DNA of 63,880 bases, counting the filler, from Pirum gemmata (Eukaryota): the NCBI GenBank assembly GCA_002812295.1. It is 25 parts of 25 records of this genome, joined end to end, with 100 filler letters (N's around TTAATTAATTAA, not from the genome) between each part and the next. Parts side by side here need not be neighbours in the genome. Positions count along the whole stretch, not along the records: positions 61,714 to 63,880 come from PDIN01007781.1; 24 more parts are not named here. One strand, given 5' to 3'. Below are positions 63,875 to 63,880 of the stretch, piece after piece. Position 1 is the first letter of the stretch. Each line of letters begins with the position of its first letter. The translations under genes were made by a program, and so were the position numbers. Below the pieces are notes generated by a model, which was not told where the DNA came from, ran no database searches, and saw only the letters and a list, made by a program, of their open reading frames with translations.

Positions 63875-63880
63875 GCTGCT

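Overview
This is not one locus. It is 25 short scaffolds (mostly about 2.2 kb) of an AT-rich, intron-bearing eukaryote, joined by 24 artificial N44-TTAATTAATTAA-N44 spacers, so synteny across spacers is meaningless. TTAGGG repeats and CHORDC1/PSMA3-like exons suggest an opisthokont protist (weak inference). Most ORFs in the track are microsatellite read-through. Genes I can support: a 9-repeat Cys-rich secreted protein, a spliced ankyrin+GAF gene, an S41/CPAF-like peptidase, a GH5 pseudo-cellulase type I membrane protein, a DsbA/FrnE-like protein lacking CxxC, and exons of PSMA3, CHORDC1, an eIF3b-like, a PIP kinase-like and a PPR-like gene. The best hidden signal is missing from the ORF track: a decayed Fanzor2/TnpB-like RNA-guided nuclease 3' end (57548-57846, minus strand), followed by a hairpin-rich candidate omegaRNA ending in GACGG. 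Also notable are telomere-like repeats inside introns that often sit where the branch point is expected, a Harbinger-like element carrying two cargo ORFs, a hAT remnant and many MITE families. All homology calls come from motif recognition by eye, with no database searches.
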